Source of the DNA: an uncultured delta proteobacterium
GTDB taxonomy: Bacteria > Desulfobacterota > BSN033 > UBA1163
NCBI GenBank assembly: GCA_963827685.1
Contig: CAWHBU010000002.1
Location: 992,001-1,056,000 of the forward strand
Direction: 5' to 3'
Length of the DNA: 64,000 bases
Part shown: positions 48,675 to 58,408 of the stretch, piece by piece
Position numbering within the stretch: position 1 is the stretch's first letter
Layout: every line of letters begins with the position of its first letter
The notes under the pieces: generated by a model
What the model was told of the DNA's origin: nothing
Database searches by the model: none
Seen by the model: the letters and a program-made list of their open reading frames with translations, nothing else
Position numbers and translations under genes: made by a program

Positions 48675-49471
48675 TGTCGCTCCCTTAGCCCTTTCAGTAT
48701 TTTCTCATGTCTTGGACAGAATTCATATTGACCACCTAACTGGGAATGGAGGACCTCTTCCTGCCAGTGGCTATTGAAGAGGCGACAATCTCGATCCTCA
48801 CAAAAAGGGTCTCCAGTGAGATGAAATAAAAGAGCCTGCATCGCGTACCCTTTCAAGACTTCTGTCGTCCTCAAATCGCCATGGTCAAGAAATCTCCCTT
48901 GATACTCTTCCTTTAACCACTCTACTGGTGTACCCAACTGCTTTTTCAGATAGAATTCTTTGGGTTTGGCAGGGGCTTCTACAAGCCCGGTGATGGAAAT
49001 CATGCTGGGAAAACCATAAAGGCTAACCCTCGCATGATATCTACCATCATCCCGATCCCACGTTCCAAAGAGTTGATTGGTGAAAAGGAGTATACAATGT
49101 TTAGGATCCAGTCCCCCTTTCATGACCAGGTCTAAAATAATTTTCTGATATAAGACTCCCTCATACAGAATGCCAAAACTTTTCCAACCGGGGTCGCTGA
49201 TCCTCCGTTTTTCGTAATCGACTTCAGCTTGAAAAAGAGGCCCCGAAGCAAATCCTTTCCCAGGATCTCTCACTCTGATACCAGCGAATTCCTTTGATGC
49301 TTCCTCTATTCTCTTCTTGGAAAATCCTTTACAGATATTCCCTCGAATGCGGAAGGGAATGAAAGTTTTTTCTTCGAGGTATTTCCCCAATTGGGTGATA
49401 TCCAGGCTATTCAAATCCCCTTCTTCATAAAGGTCGATGGCTTCAGGAATCGGTTGAATGAAATCGTTCAC
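48671..49471 (-). CDS. DUF6775-like putative metallopeptidase
   Basis: [38 protein letters not shown]. Confidence 0.7.
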   Translation of the reverse strand: MNDFIQPIPEAIDLYEEGDLNSLDITQLGKYLEEKTFIPFRIRGNICKGFSKKRIEEASKEFAGIRVRDPGKGFASGPLFQAEVDYEKRRISDPGWKSFGILYEGVLYQKIILDLVMKGGLDPKHCILLFTNQLFGTWDRDDGRYHARVSLYGFPSMISITGLVEAPAKPKEFYLKKQLGTPVEWLKEEYQGRFLDHGDLRTTEVLKGYAMQALLFHLTGDPFCEDRDCRLFNSHWQEEVLHSQLGGQYEFCPRHEKILKGLRERQ

Positions 49472-50265
49472 TTCTTCTTCATTTTCTCAAGAATAACCTG
49501 GGCCCCTTTCCGTCCCGAAAGCAACATTGCTCCAAAGGTAGGTCCCATCCTTGGCAGACCATAGGTCGTTGCCACAGCCATCCCTGTCACGACCAGACCA
49601 GGATGGGCCTCGCCAGTATGCTCCACCACCAGATCCTCGGACTGTTCCACCCACATGGCACCGAAGCCAGCGGTTTTTAGAATCCCTCTCTCCTCCAGCT
49701 TCTTCACCACACAGGCATCATGGCCAGTGGAGTCCACCACAAATTTAGATTCTAAAGCAATGGGGTCCACACACGTAATCTCGCGAGGAAGAGCGTTAAC
49801 AGGTGTCCAGTTCACCACGGCACCGCAGACGCGATTTCCTTCCCTCAGGACCACATCATCAAAGATGGTCATATTAGCGAACTTCACTCCAGCGTCACAG
49901 GCTGCGGCGATTAGTTTTGAACAGGCATGAGGGCCATCGGCCACATAGAGGCCTTTCACCGCCTTCTCATAGGGAATGCCCAATTCTTCTAATACCTTTT
50001 GTCCTGGTTCCCGGACGGTCACCTTATTCATCAGATAGCCTCCAATCCAGAAGCCTCCTCCGATGTAATTGTTCCGTTCTACAATCAAGGTCTTCACCCC
50101 TTTTGAGGCAATGTCCCTTCCAACCATCAACCCGCTGGGTCCTCCTCCGATAATGAGGCAATCGCTCTCCACATATTCAATGAACTGCCGAGCAAAGCCA
50201 GCAACAATGGCCCGGGTGACTTCCTTTTCACTCACCGGCGTAAAAATTCTTTTTTTCTCGACCAT
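49468..50265 (-). CDS. thi4: Thi4-type thiazole synthase
   Basis: [41 protein letters not shown]. Confidence 0.92.
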   Translation of the reverse strand: MVEKKRIFTPVSEKEVTRAIVAGFARQFIEYVESDCLIIGGGPSGLMVGRDIASKGVKTLIVERNNYIGGGFWIGGYLMNKVTVREPGQKVLEELGIPYEKAVKGLYVADGPHACSKLIAAACDAGVKFANMTIFDDVVLREGNRVCGAVVNWTPVNALPREITCVDPIALESKFVVDSTGHDACVVKKLEERGILKTAGFGAMWVEQSEDLVVEHTGEAHPGLVVTGMAVATTYGLPRMGPTFGAMLLSGRKGAQVILEKMKKK

Positions 50266-50309
50266 CTCCCTTATCCTCCAATCATAGAATAGTCAAACTA
50301 CTGAGCTCA

Positions 50310-50960
50310 TTAAGCTCTTGGCTTCCAATTGAGAACAACTTTCTCTTCGATCAGGACTCGGTCTTTCTCAACCGTACTCGGAATCACTTCAGGTGGGTAA
50401 TTCATACAGCCCCCCTTAATCCCTTTCAGGGTCTCTAAATTCCACTCGGTGGCGCATGCATTGCATACGATGGCTTTATCCTGAATGTGAAAACGAGTTG
50501 ATCGACACGGCTCACACATGCTGATGGCGGTTACCACTCTTCCAGCTAAGGTGACATAGGCAAGGAGGGGAACCTTCACCCCATGACCCTCATATTCAAA
50601 CCGAACCATCTTTTTCTCTTTTACTACATCGATGGGGATGGAGATTTTTCCATTTTCGACCTTTGCCTCAATATCGGTCATCGAAATCGTCTGGCCTGAA
50701 TAGTCCACCCTCTCCATCACCTTCTGCTGAGCGGCTATCTTTGGATTGGCTATCGTTTTCCCCTGGATGATCCAGAAAGCAACTCCTCCTGCTGCAAAAG
50801 CGACAATGATTAATGTGATCCACATCCAAGGCGACTTCTTCTTGCCCAAAACCTTATCTCTCTTATCCTTTAATGAAGAATTGGAAAGGAGAAACCCACA
50901 TTTCTTACAGAAATGGTTCAGATCATCATTCTTTGTTCGACATTCCGGACATACCTTCAT
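50310..50960 (-). CDS. Zinc-ribbon + DUF2318 (FtrD-like Fe-S) membrane-anchored protein
   Basis: CPEC..CKKC, TM, CEPC..CNAC..GGC..PP; start 50960 or 51011. Confidence 0.75.
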   Translation of the reverse strand: MKVCPECRTKNDDLNHFCKKCGFLLSNSSLKDKRDKVLGKKKSPWMWITLIIVAFAAGGVAFWIIQGKTIANPKIAAQQKVMERVDYSGQTISMTDIEAKVENGKISIPIDVVKEKKMVRFEYEGHGVKVPLLAYVTLAGRVVTAISMCEPCRSTRFHIQDKAIVCNACATEWNLETLKGIKGGCMNYPPEVIPSTVEKDRVLIEEKVVLNWKPRA

Positions 50961-51007
50961 CCAACCATCCTTCCTCTCTCCCCCCTGAACCTTACATGGT
51001 TCAGGGC

Positions 51008-52013
51008 TCACTCATTGATCATCAGTCTCTCAATTTCTCTTCTCGAAACGGATGAAGCAGACAGAGACCGATGGTGATCTTCCCCAACACCTTTATAGGT
51101 TACTTCTGCATTCCCTAAATCCTTTGTCTTACTATAATGAGCCGTGATGGCTGCCGCTTTCTCAATATCTCCCTGATCAAGCTTCCCCCTGATGAGAGAA
51201 AGGGGCCCTGGAAAATTGGAAACCTTTAATAAAATGTCCCTCTCCTGAGCGAAGGTCTCGATCTTTTGATTCTCCTCCTCATTCCTCCCAACCACTAATT
51301 TAACTCCGTCGGAGAACCGAAAATGTCTCCCCATCTTAAGAAGGTGAACATCGTTGAGGGAAAAATCAGGTTTGTGAAGCATCAAGTCTTTCATACGCTT
51401 TGCAAACCCAGGATCTGTAAGAAGGCAACCTCCTGCAGGGCATGGGTAGTCATGAATGCCGTAATGCCCTGCCAGCTCGATCTGCGGCTTTCTTGAACGG
51501 CCCTGAAACTTCAGCAGCTTTTCCCGATCCACCCATCCTTCTTTCTCCGGGATCGTGGCGGGAAGGCCCATGGCAGAGAGAGGTCGTAAAATAAAACCCT
51601 CGAGCCCCGCTTCCTTTTCAATCAGCCGCATCGCATCTTTTCTTTGGGACATAGGTCTTTGTCCCAACACTTCACCCGTGACGATGAAAGCGGCTCCTGA
51701 CTCTTCCATGTAGGCCTTTGCCCTCTTCAGCATGAAGATCCGGCAATCGATGCACGGATTCATATTTCTTCCATAGCCATGTCTGGGATGCTTCACGACA
51801 CTAAGGTACTCTTCGGAAACGTTGAATACCCTCAAAGGAATGCCCAAGGTGTCAACGGCCTTCTGAGAAGCCAGACAGGTGGCTCCCCGATTGGTGCAGG
51901 TGCAAAATACCGTCATAAAATTGAGGGCCTCTAATTCAACCCCTTGCTCTATGACGACCTTGGCTGCGAGTGTACTATCGAGCCCCTCCGGATAGGAGAG
52001 CGATCGCCTTCAT
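51008..52013 (-). CDS. ThiI/MnmA-like PP-loop sulfurtransferase (DUF814 tail); frameshift at 51983-51986
   Basis: MKAIALLSGG/LDS from ATG 52013 (coupled to larE stop); NPCIDC, TGEVLGQRPMSQ, PAGGCLLTD, VGRNEEEN. Confidence 0.8.
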
Positions 52014-52828
52014 CCTAAAACCTCATTCATCGATCCAGAACGAAAACCTTGAAGATCCAATGTAATATAGCGATAACCAATCTCTCTCAAACGACTCACC
52101 ACTTTTTCTCTCAATGAACCATTCATCAAACGTGCCATTTCTTCGTTGAGGATTTCGATTCTTGCCAGGCTTCCATAATGACGCACGCGAACCTGTTTGA
52201 ATCCCAGGCCAAATAAAAAATCCTCTGCTTCGTCAACCATTCTCAACCCCTGCTCAGTAATTTCCTCTCCATAAGGAAATCGCGAGGCGAGGCAAGCGAA
52301 GGAAGGTTTATCCCAAGTGGGAAGCCCTAACTCTTTGGATAATTCCCTCACCTCTATCTTGGCAAACAATGCTTCTTTGAGCGGGCTTCTGATTCCCAAC
52401 TCCTGAATCGCCATCCTTCCGGGTCTATGGTCCTTGTCGTCGTCTAAGGTGGAACCTTCGACAATAAAAGGGATCGCTTCTTCTTTGGCTACTTCCAGTA
52501 ATTCTCTGAAGAGCTTCTCTTTACAATAGTAGCATCGGTTGGGAGGATTTTCAGAGAATCCGGGAATCTCCAACTCATTCGATTCGATCAAGCGGTGTCT
52601 GGCTCCCAAAGTCTGGATCAGTTTCTTGACTCCCGCTAATTCCCTTTCAGGATAAAGGGGAGAGAGTGCCGTGACAGCAAATACATTTTTATCCCCAAGG
52701 GTATCTTGAGCTACTTTGAGGAGGAGTGTACTATCCACCCCTCCTGAAAAGGCCACCAGAACCTTCCCCATGGATTGAAATATTTCCCTTAATCTTTGAG
52801 CCTTAGTTTTTAACTCTAAACTCATCAC
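52010..52828 (-). CDS. larE: LarE ATP-dependent sulfur transferase
   Basis: AFSGGVDS, NPPNRCYYCK, DHRPG, KPSFACLASRFPYG, GFRSGSMN. Confidence 0.92.
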   Translation of the reverse strand: MMSLELKTKAQRLREIFQSMGKVLVAFSGGVDSTLLLKVAQDTLGDKNVFAVTALSPLYPERELAGVKKLIQTLGARHRLIESNELEIPGFSENPPNRCYYCKEKLFRELLEVAKEEAIPFIVEGSTLDDDKDHRPGRMAIQELGIRSPLKEALFAKIEVRELSKELGLPTWDKPSFACLASRFPYGEEITEQGLRMVDEAEDFLFGLGFKQVRVRHYGSLARIEILNEEMARLMNGSLREKVVSRLREIGYRYITLDLQGFRSGSMNEVLG

Positions 52829-52934
52829 TCTTTCATTCCGTGTCCCTGCCTACCGGCAGGCAGGCGTGTCGCGTGTTACGTTACCGTATTATATTTTTTC
52901 ACTTATAACTCATAACTCCTAACTCACCAGTTGC

Positions 52935-53065
52935 ATAAAAAAAGTTCTAAAAGGTAGTTGGGTGTCCTGGGCCGGCAAAAAACATAATAATAACCCTACC
53001 TCTCCGGGAGGTAACCCGTCCATTGGACGGGATACCTCATAACCTTTACAGCGGAACCTTTTAAG
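52935..53065 (-). ncRNA. Candidate structured cis-regulatory RNA leader upstream of larE
   Basis: GGTTCCGCTGTAAAGG..gaggta-cccgtcc/ggacggg-tacctc..GAGGTAGGGTTATT..TGCCGGCCCAGGAC..GAACTTTTTTT; alternative stems. Confidence 0.4.
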
Positions 53066-53201
53066 TTTTCGCTACTTCGTTTCCAGACACACTTCAAAGG
53101 TTACCTGAGGTGACATCGCATGTTCCCCATAAAACATAGCAAAGAACCGCTTGGTAAAGGTTTGGAAACACACTCAACTACCTTTTAATACAACAAATGG
53201 A

Positions 53202-54284
53202 TTAACTCAAAACTTCTTTGATCCATCCTCCACCGAGCACTGTTTCTCCGTCATAAAAAACAGCGGCCTGCCCAGGGGTGATGGCCTTCTGAGGGGATTC
53301 AAACTTCACTTCCAATTCACCTTCTCCTTTTGGAGAAAGGCTGGCCTCCGAACCAGGATGATTATACCTGATCTTCACCTGTGTGTGATGGGAAGGAACC
53401 ATTTTCTGTGGCATAATCCAGTTGACAGAATCAACGAGGAATGTATCACCATAGACTTCTTCTTCTCCTCCAACAACAATCACATTCTTTTCTCGATCGA
53501 TCCCAATCACATAGAGAGGCTTTCCTTTTGCCAGGCGGAGCCCCCTTCGTTGTCCAATGGTGTAGAAAGGGATTCCTTTATGTTTTCCCAAGACATTCCC
53601 CTTCCTATCCACAATGGGACCCGGTCCAAAGGACTTCTCTAACCTCTCGGATAAAAAGAAATGATAAGACGATTCCTGAATAAAACAGACCTCCTGACTT
53701 TCGGGTTTATCATGGACTCGAAGACCCCGTTGAAGCGCCTTCTTCCTCACTTCCTCTTTTCGAAGTTCCCCCAATGGAAAAAGAGTATGGCGTAATTGGT
53801 CTTGAGTTAAAGAGAAGAGGACGTAGGATTGATCTTTCTTCCGATCCACCCCTTTTTTTAAAAGATAACGCTCAATCCTTTCATCGAAATCCAATCTGGC
53901 ATAATGACCTGTGGCAATAAAATCGGCCTCCAGTTCCAACGCCTTCTCTAAAAAAGAACCAAACTTTACTTTCTCATTACAGAGGACGCAAGGATTGGGC
54001 GTTTTCCCCTTAGCGTATTCTTCACAAAAATATTGGACGACTTCTTTTTCAAACTCCTCCCTGAGCTGGAAAACATAAAAAGGAATCTCAAGTTGAAGAG
54101 CAACCCGTCTGGCATCCTCGATATCGGCGAGACCGCAACATCGGGCCGGCCCTCCTTGGGCCTTATCCGTCATTCCGATGCACATCGTTGCTCCAATGAC
54201 TTCATAACCCTCCTCCTTGAGAAGCCAGGCAGTCGTGCTCGAATCAACCCCGCCACTCATGGCAACAACTACCCTTTGACTCAT
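53202..54284 (-). CDS. mnmA: tRNA-specific 2-thiouridylase
   Basis: AMSGGVDSS, TPNPCVLCN, ATGHYA, KDQSYVL, ESQEVCF, TPGQAAVFY. Confidence 0.95.
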   Translation of the reverse strand: MSQRVVVAMSGGVDSSTTAWLLKEEGYEVIGATMCIGMTDKAQGGPARCCGLADIEDARRVALQLEIPFYVFQLREEFEKEVVQYFCEEYAKGKTPNPCVLCNEKVKFGSFLEKALELEADFIATGHYARLDFDERIERYLLKKGVDRKKDQSYVLFSLTQDQLRHTLFPLGELRKEEVRKKALQRGLRVHDKPESQEVCFIQESSYHFFLSERLEKSFGPGPIVDRKGNVLGKHKGIPFYTIGQRRGLRLAKGKPLYVIGIDREKNVIVVGGEEEVYGDTFLVDSVNWIMPQKMVPSHHTQVKIRYNHPGSEASLSPKGEGELEVKFESPQKAITPGQAAVFYDGETVLGGGWIKEVLS

Positions 54285-54487
54285 CTCCGCTTCACCCTTT
54301 TAGGGTATCGTTGGCATTCCTGCCTACTGGCAGGAAGGCATTGCCGACAATATCTCAATTCGCCCCCATCAATGAGGGCGCTGCAATGTTTATCAGGTGC
54401 AAAAATAATAATGGTTTATGAATTTTATATCGGTTAACGAGAATCTCTTCGCTTGGACCCTTGAATTCTAGGCCCCTTGACCCCTTA

Positions 54488-54895
54488 TCAAAAGAGGATT
54501 TCCATAGCCTGATAAGGACAGACCGGAATGCACAGTTCGCAGGCGATGCACTTGTCCCGTTTAAAGGAGACCTCCATATTCGTCCTTTGGACATCCAGTG
54601 CCTTCGTGGGACAGACACTGATGCAGGCCGTGCAATGGGTACAACGATCCTCATGCCATTTGACATCCTGAGCCAAAGACTGGGTCTCCACACCTATCTC
54701 ACTGAGATATTTAAGCCCTGCCTCCATCCCGGCCCTCTTCCCTGTAAGCTCTAATACGAGTCTTCCCTCCTCCTTGGGGGTAATCCGGGCTCTCATAATA
54801 TTGACGATCAAATCATAATCCTTCACTAATTTAGAGATGACGGGCTGATCGACGAGATGGGAAGGATAATTGAGAACAATTCTTTTTTTCTGCAT
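54488..54895 (-). CDS. NIL-domain ferredoxin (MA1822-like partner of homocysteine synthesis)
   Basis: QPVISKLVKDYDLIVNIMRA + CTHCTACISVCP / CIACELCIPVCP. Confidence 0.88.
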   Translation of the reverse strand: MQKKRIVLNYPSHLVDQPVISKLVKDYDLIVNIMRARITPKEEGRLVLELTGKRAGMEAGLKYLSEIGVETQSLAQDVKWHEDRCTHCTACISVCPTKALDVQRTNMEVSFKRDKCIACELCIPVCPYQAMEILF

Positions 54896-54907
54896 GGTTC
54901 ACCCCTT

Positions 54908-55046
54908 TTGAAATTCAAATTCCAAATTCCAATACCCAAATCCCAAATAATTTCCAATCACCCAGATTCCAAATAACCAAACCAATTATTTCGGTCATTG
55001 GAGCTTTGGTAACTATTTGATTATTGGTGCTTGGAATTTAGTGCTT
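54908..55046. repeat. Inverted heptamer-array element (TTCCAAA/TTTGGAA)
   Basis: aattcaaattccaaattccaatacccaaatcccaaa...ttggagctttggtaactatttgattattggtgcttggaattt. Confidence 0.75.
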
Positions 55047-55047
55047 C

Positions 55048-56259
55048 TCATGTTTTTTTAATAGGTCGCTCTTTTAAGGTTTTAAAAACGATCCCGGAAT
55101 CGGCAGAAGGGAGAGGTTCAACGGGTTGGGTCAAAAAGAACTTACCCGCTTCGATCCACTCCTTCAAGGTCTGAGCGACCTCTCTGGCTTTCAGATAGCT
55201 GGAAAGGCCAGCGGTGGGAATCTCTTTTCCTTGAACCGTAATTCTCCCGCTTTTCAGTTGCTTGTAATTCACCTCCCCGATGCTTCCGGGAATACATTGA
55301 GGATAGGAATCGCTATAGTCCACCACTTGAGCCACGATTTCCTCATCCCGAACAGCAGTATACCGAAGGATCTCCTCATTTAAGACGGGAATGGGAACTC
55401 CAATTCCTACGGTGAGGGTTACCCCATACCCAGTATAGGAAGTCCCTCTCAGCCACTTTGAACTCATCATCTTGAGATCACCCTTTACGGCAAGGGTTCC
55501 AGCGGTCATTTTTGGAATACCGCCCTCCGTTCGTTTCACATCGGGATTATGCTGAGTTCCATTTCCCACGACATACCCTATCCCTCCACCCAAAAAGATT
55601 CGAGTACCCATACCTATGGTTTTGTAAAAAGGATCATTCATGAGGGGACTCAGCTGTCCAGCGTTGCAGTAGTTAGCATTAGCCATCTTGGGCTGAAGAA
55701 CCCCCATATAGGTATAGATCACTCGATCTGAAAGGTTGACGGCAACATTATAGTTCTGGTAGGCATTTCTTATGTTGAAAAGAACTGCCTCGTTCATATC
55801 CTTGAGGGAGATATAAGTCTCCAAGGTTTTTCGGGGATAGCAATCCGTTCCATAAGCTGTTGCAGTGAGTCTCACATCCTTCCCCGCAACCAGTTCCTCA
55901 ATTACATAAGCTCCCCCATAAGCGAACTTTCCCGGATAGATTTTGTTTCTCGGATCATCATCTGGCATTGCAGTCGCTCCCAAGAACAAATCCACTGCTG
56001 CAAGACCTGTATAGACCGGGACATCATTGAGATAGGTCTTTCCTCCTCCCAGTTTGATCCGGGGCTTTGTGTGTCCCACATTGAAATAGGCCCCCGAAGA
56101 ACACATTGGACCAAAGGTACCTGTGGTGACGACATCCACTTCACGAGCTGCCTTTTTTATTCCCTTTCCTGCAGCATAATCGATAATCTCCTCGGCCGTT
56201 AACACAACCGCCTTCCCTTTCTTAATCTTCTCATTTATTTCCTCAATGGTTTTGGCCAT
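55048..56259 (-). CDS. Homocysteine biosynthesis protein (aspartate-semialdehyde sulfurtransferase, DUF39/MA1821-like)
   Basis: KTIEEINEKIKKGKAVVLTAEE, VDVVTTGTFGPMCSSG, YGTDCYP, RNAYQNY, GQLSPLMNDP. Confidence 0.9.
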   Translation of the reverse strand: MAKTIEEINEKIKKGKAVVLTAEEIIDYAAGKGIKKAAREVDVVTTGTFGPMCSSGAYFNVGHTKPRIKLGGGKTYLNDVPVYTGLAAVDLFLGATAMPDDDPRNKIYPGKFAYGGAYVIEELVAGKDVRLTATAYGTDCYPRKTLETYISLKDMNEAVLFNIRNAYQNYNVAVNLSDRVIYTYMGVLQPKMANANYCNAGQLSPLMNDPFYKTIGMGTRIFLGGGIGYVVGNGTQHNPDVKRTEGGIPKMTAGTLAVKGDLKMMSSKWLRGTSYTGYGVTLTVGIGVPIPVLNEEILRYTAVRDEEIVAQVVDYSDSYPQCIPGSIGEVNYKQLKSGRITVQGKEIPTAGLSSYLKAREVAQTLKEWIEAGKFFLTQPVEPLPSADSGIVFKTLKERPIKKT

Positions 56260-56293
56260 ATTTCCCCTCCCAGAAATCTAATAAATTAGATTT

Positions 56294-56335
56294 ACCCCGT
56301 TAGAAATAATGCCCCGCTGGAGTTTCTAACGGGGT
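56294..56335. repeat. ACCCCGTTAGAAA...TTTCTAACGGGGT inverted-repeat mini-element
   Basis: 13-bp perfect inverted repeat around a 15-nt spacer. Confidence 0.8.
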
Positions 56336-56426
56336 TTACTTTTGGACTTTGGACTTTAAACTTTGAACTTTCAATGGTTCCCCTTTTTCGGATTTCGTGC
56401 TTCCTATTTCGAATTTGAATGAACTA

Positions 56427-57359
56427 TCATTTTATTCCGTTAAAAAGCCAAGTGCTGATATATCGTTCTCCCGTATCGGGTAGGATGACGACAATCATCT
56501 TCCCTTCACTCTCCGGCCTCTTCGCTACCTCAATGGCCGCCCATGCCGCTGCACCGGAAGAGATTCCTGCCAATACTCCCTCTTCTTTGGCCAGCCTCCT
56601 TGCCAACCATCCGGCATCCTCATTCGATACTTTAATCACCTCATCGACCAAATCCATTCGAAGCACTTCTGGAACAAAGCCTGCACCGATGCCCTGTATC
56701 TTATGGGGTCCGGGTCTCCCTCCGGAAAGAACCGGAGAATCCTCTGGTTCTACGGCCATGGTTTTAAATCCTGGTTTTCTTTTCTTGATGACCTCAGAAA
56801 TTCCGCTAATCGTTCCCCCTGTTCCCACCCCCGCCACTAAAACATCAACTTGCCCATCGGTATCTTCCCAGATTTCCAAAGCAGTGGTCTTTCTGTGGAT
56901 TTCGGGATTAGCAGGATTCTTAAACTGTTGTGGAATAAAATATCGGGCATCCCTTGAGGCCATCTCCTCCGCTATCTTCACCGCGCCTGTCATCCCTTCG
57001 CTCCCAGGCGTCAGAATCACCTCTGCTCCAAACATCCTAAGAAGATGAATTCGTTCAGCAGACATGGTGTCCGGCATCGTCAGAACCAAGGGATAACCCT
57101 TTGCCGCGCAGATAAATGCCAAAGCGATCCCTGTATTTCCGCTGGTGGGTTCCAAAATAACCGTATCTTCCTTGATCAAACCTGCCTTCTCAGCCGTCTC
57201 AATCATTGAATAACCGATACGGTCTTTAACGCTCCCACAGGGATTAAAAGACTCAAGCTTCGCTATGACCTGTCCTTTACACCCCATGGTGACTCGATTC
57301 AATCTCAATAAAGGTGTATGTCCTATCAATTCAGAAATGAAGTTGGCTATTTTTGCCAT
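56427..57359 (-). CDS. cysK: Cysteine synthase A
   Basis: [44 protein letters not shown]. Confidence 0.95.
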   Translation of the reverse strand: MAKIANFISELIGHTPLLRLNRVTMGCKGQVIAKLESFNPCGSVKDRIGYSMIETAEKAGLIKEDTVILEPTSGNTGIALAFICAAKGYPLVLTMPDTMSAERIHLLRMFGAEVILTPGSEGMTGAVKIAEEMASRDARYFIPQQFKNPANPEIHRKTTALEIWEDTDGQVDVLVAGVGTGGTISGISEVIKKRKPGFKTMAVEPEDSPVLSGGRPGPHKIQGIGAGFVPEVLRMDLVDEVIKVSNEDAGWLARRLAKEEGVLAGISSGAAAWAAIEVAKRPESEGKMIVVILPDTGERYISTWLFNGIK

Positions 57360-57494
57360 TTCTACTCCAAGAAATCCGAAATTCGAATTTAGACGCTTTG
57401 ATTTAGGAATTGAGGAATTTGGGAATTTAATTCCAAAATCCCTAAATTCGTAATCCCTTGATTCATTTCAATTTCGTGCTTCGTCTTTGAACTT

Positions 57495-57935
57495 TTAAAT
57501 TTGGTACGAAGAATCGCTTCTTTCTTTTTCCTTTCTTCGACTAACCATATCTTCTAAAGTAAACGAATTAAAAATTTTAGAGATGGCATCCGAGACTTCC
57601 TTCCAAATATCTCGAGTGACACACGACTGGACTCTCTGACAGGCCTTTGAATCATGCAAACATTCGATCAAATTGAGCGGACCCTCCAAAGTTTCAACCA
57701 CATCGTATAAACAGATTTCAGAAGGAGGTTTGGCTAATGAATACCCACCTTTGGACCCACGAATCGATTTCACCAAACCAGCCGCGCGAAGCGGATTGAT
57801 GACTTGTTCAAGGTATTTTAGAGAGATATCTTCTTTCTTGGCTATCTCCTTTAATTCAATAGGCCCCTCTCCGTAATGAGAGGCAAGCTCTAACATTGCC
57901 CTTGCCCCGTATCTGATTTTCGTTGATATTTTCAT
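57495..57935 (-). CDS. Rrf2 family regulator (CymR/IscR-like)
   Basis: MKISTKIRYGARAM, YLEQ, SIRGSKGGY; C-x6-C-x5-C. Confidence 0.92.
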   Translation of the reverse strand: MKISTKIRYGARAMLELASHYGEGPIELKEIAKKEDISLKYLEQVINPLRAAGLVKSIRGSKGGYSLAKPPSEICLYDVVETLEGPLNLIECLHDSKACQRVQSCVTRDIWKEVSDAISKIFNSFTLEDMVSRRKEKERSDSSYQI

Positions 57936-57944
57936 GAGTTATGA

Positions 57945-57968
57945 AATCATACTTTTTCTATCGGAATT
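57945..57968 (-). promoter_or_regulatory. Candidate Rrf2 operator
   Basis: imperfect palindrome AATTCCGATAGAAAAAGTATGATT downstream of TTGACA (58003-57998). Confidence 0.45.
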
Positions 57969-58181
57969 AGATTTTCTTAACCTAAGACCTAGGTGTTTGT
58001 CAAGAAAACCTTTCACCTTATTAATTAATATCAGGAGTCCTCAGTCGTGTTTGAAGTCAAATTGTTTCTTGCTTAGAATCGAATAAATACCGGAGCAAAG
58101 ACTCTTAAAAATGCTAATTATAGTATGTAGAACTAAAATTATCATATTATTATACTGATTTGGATTTTAGATACTTTTCTT

Positions 58182-58403
58182 ATGAATTCAAAAGATCCAA
58201 TAATAATAAAGTTTGGAAAAACAGTGAGAGATGCAAGGTTAAAAAGAAACCTTTCGCAAGAAAAACTGGGCGAACTGGCAGGTCTTCATAGAACCTATAT
58301 TGGTATGGTAGAAAGAGCCGAAAAAAATATCACCCTGAAAAATATTCAAAAGATTGCTAAGGCACTTAGTTTAAGAATCAGCTCACTTTTTAAGGATTTA
58401 TAA
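58182..58403 (+). CDS. R-M controller (C) protein, XRE HTH
   Basis: LSQEKLGELAGLHRTYIGMVERAEKNITL; directly precedes putative REase. Confidence 0.85.
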   Translation: MNSKDPIIIKFGKTVRDARLKRNLSQEKLGELAGLHRTYIGMVERAEKNITLKNIQKIAKALSLRISSLFKDL

Positions 58404-58408
58404 TTTAC

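Noticed and set aside
53151-57048. Long antisense ORFs (e.g. 53151..53642, 56419..57048, also 13188..13712)
   Set aside because: Shadow frames of well-supported genes on the opposite strand
2449-57494. CRISPR or guide-RNA array interpretation of the repeats
   Set aside because: No constant repeat with regularly sized unique spacers; no cas-like genes
58100-58181. C-box operator upstream of the controller gene
   Set aside because: Expected by context, but no convincing GACT-N3-AGTC pair seen in this AT-rich stretch
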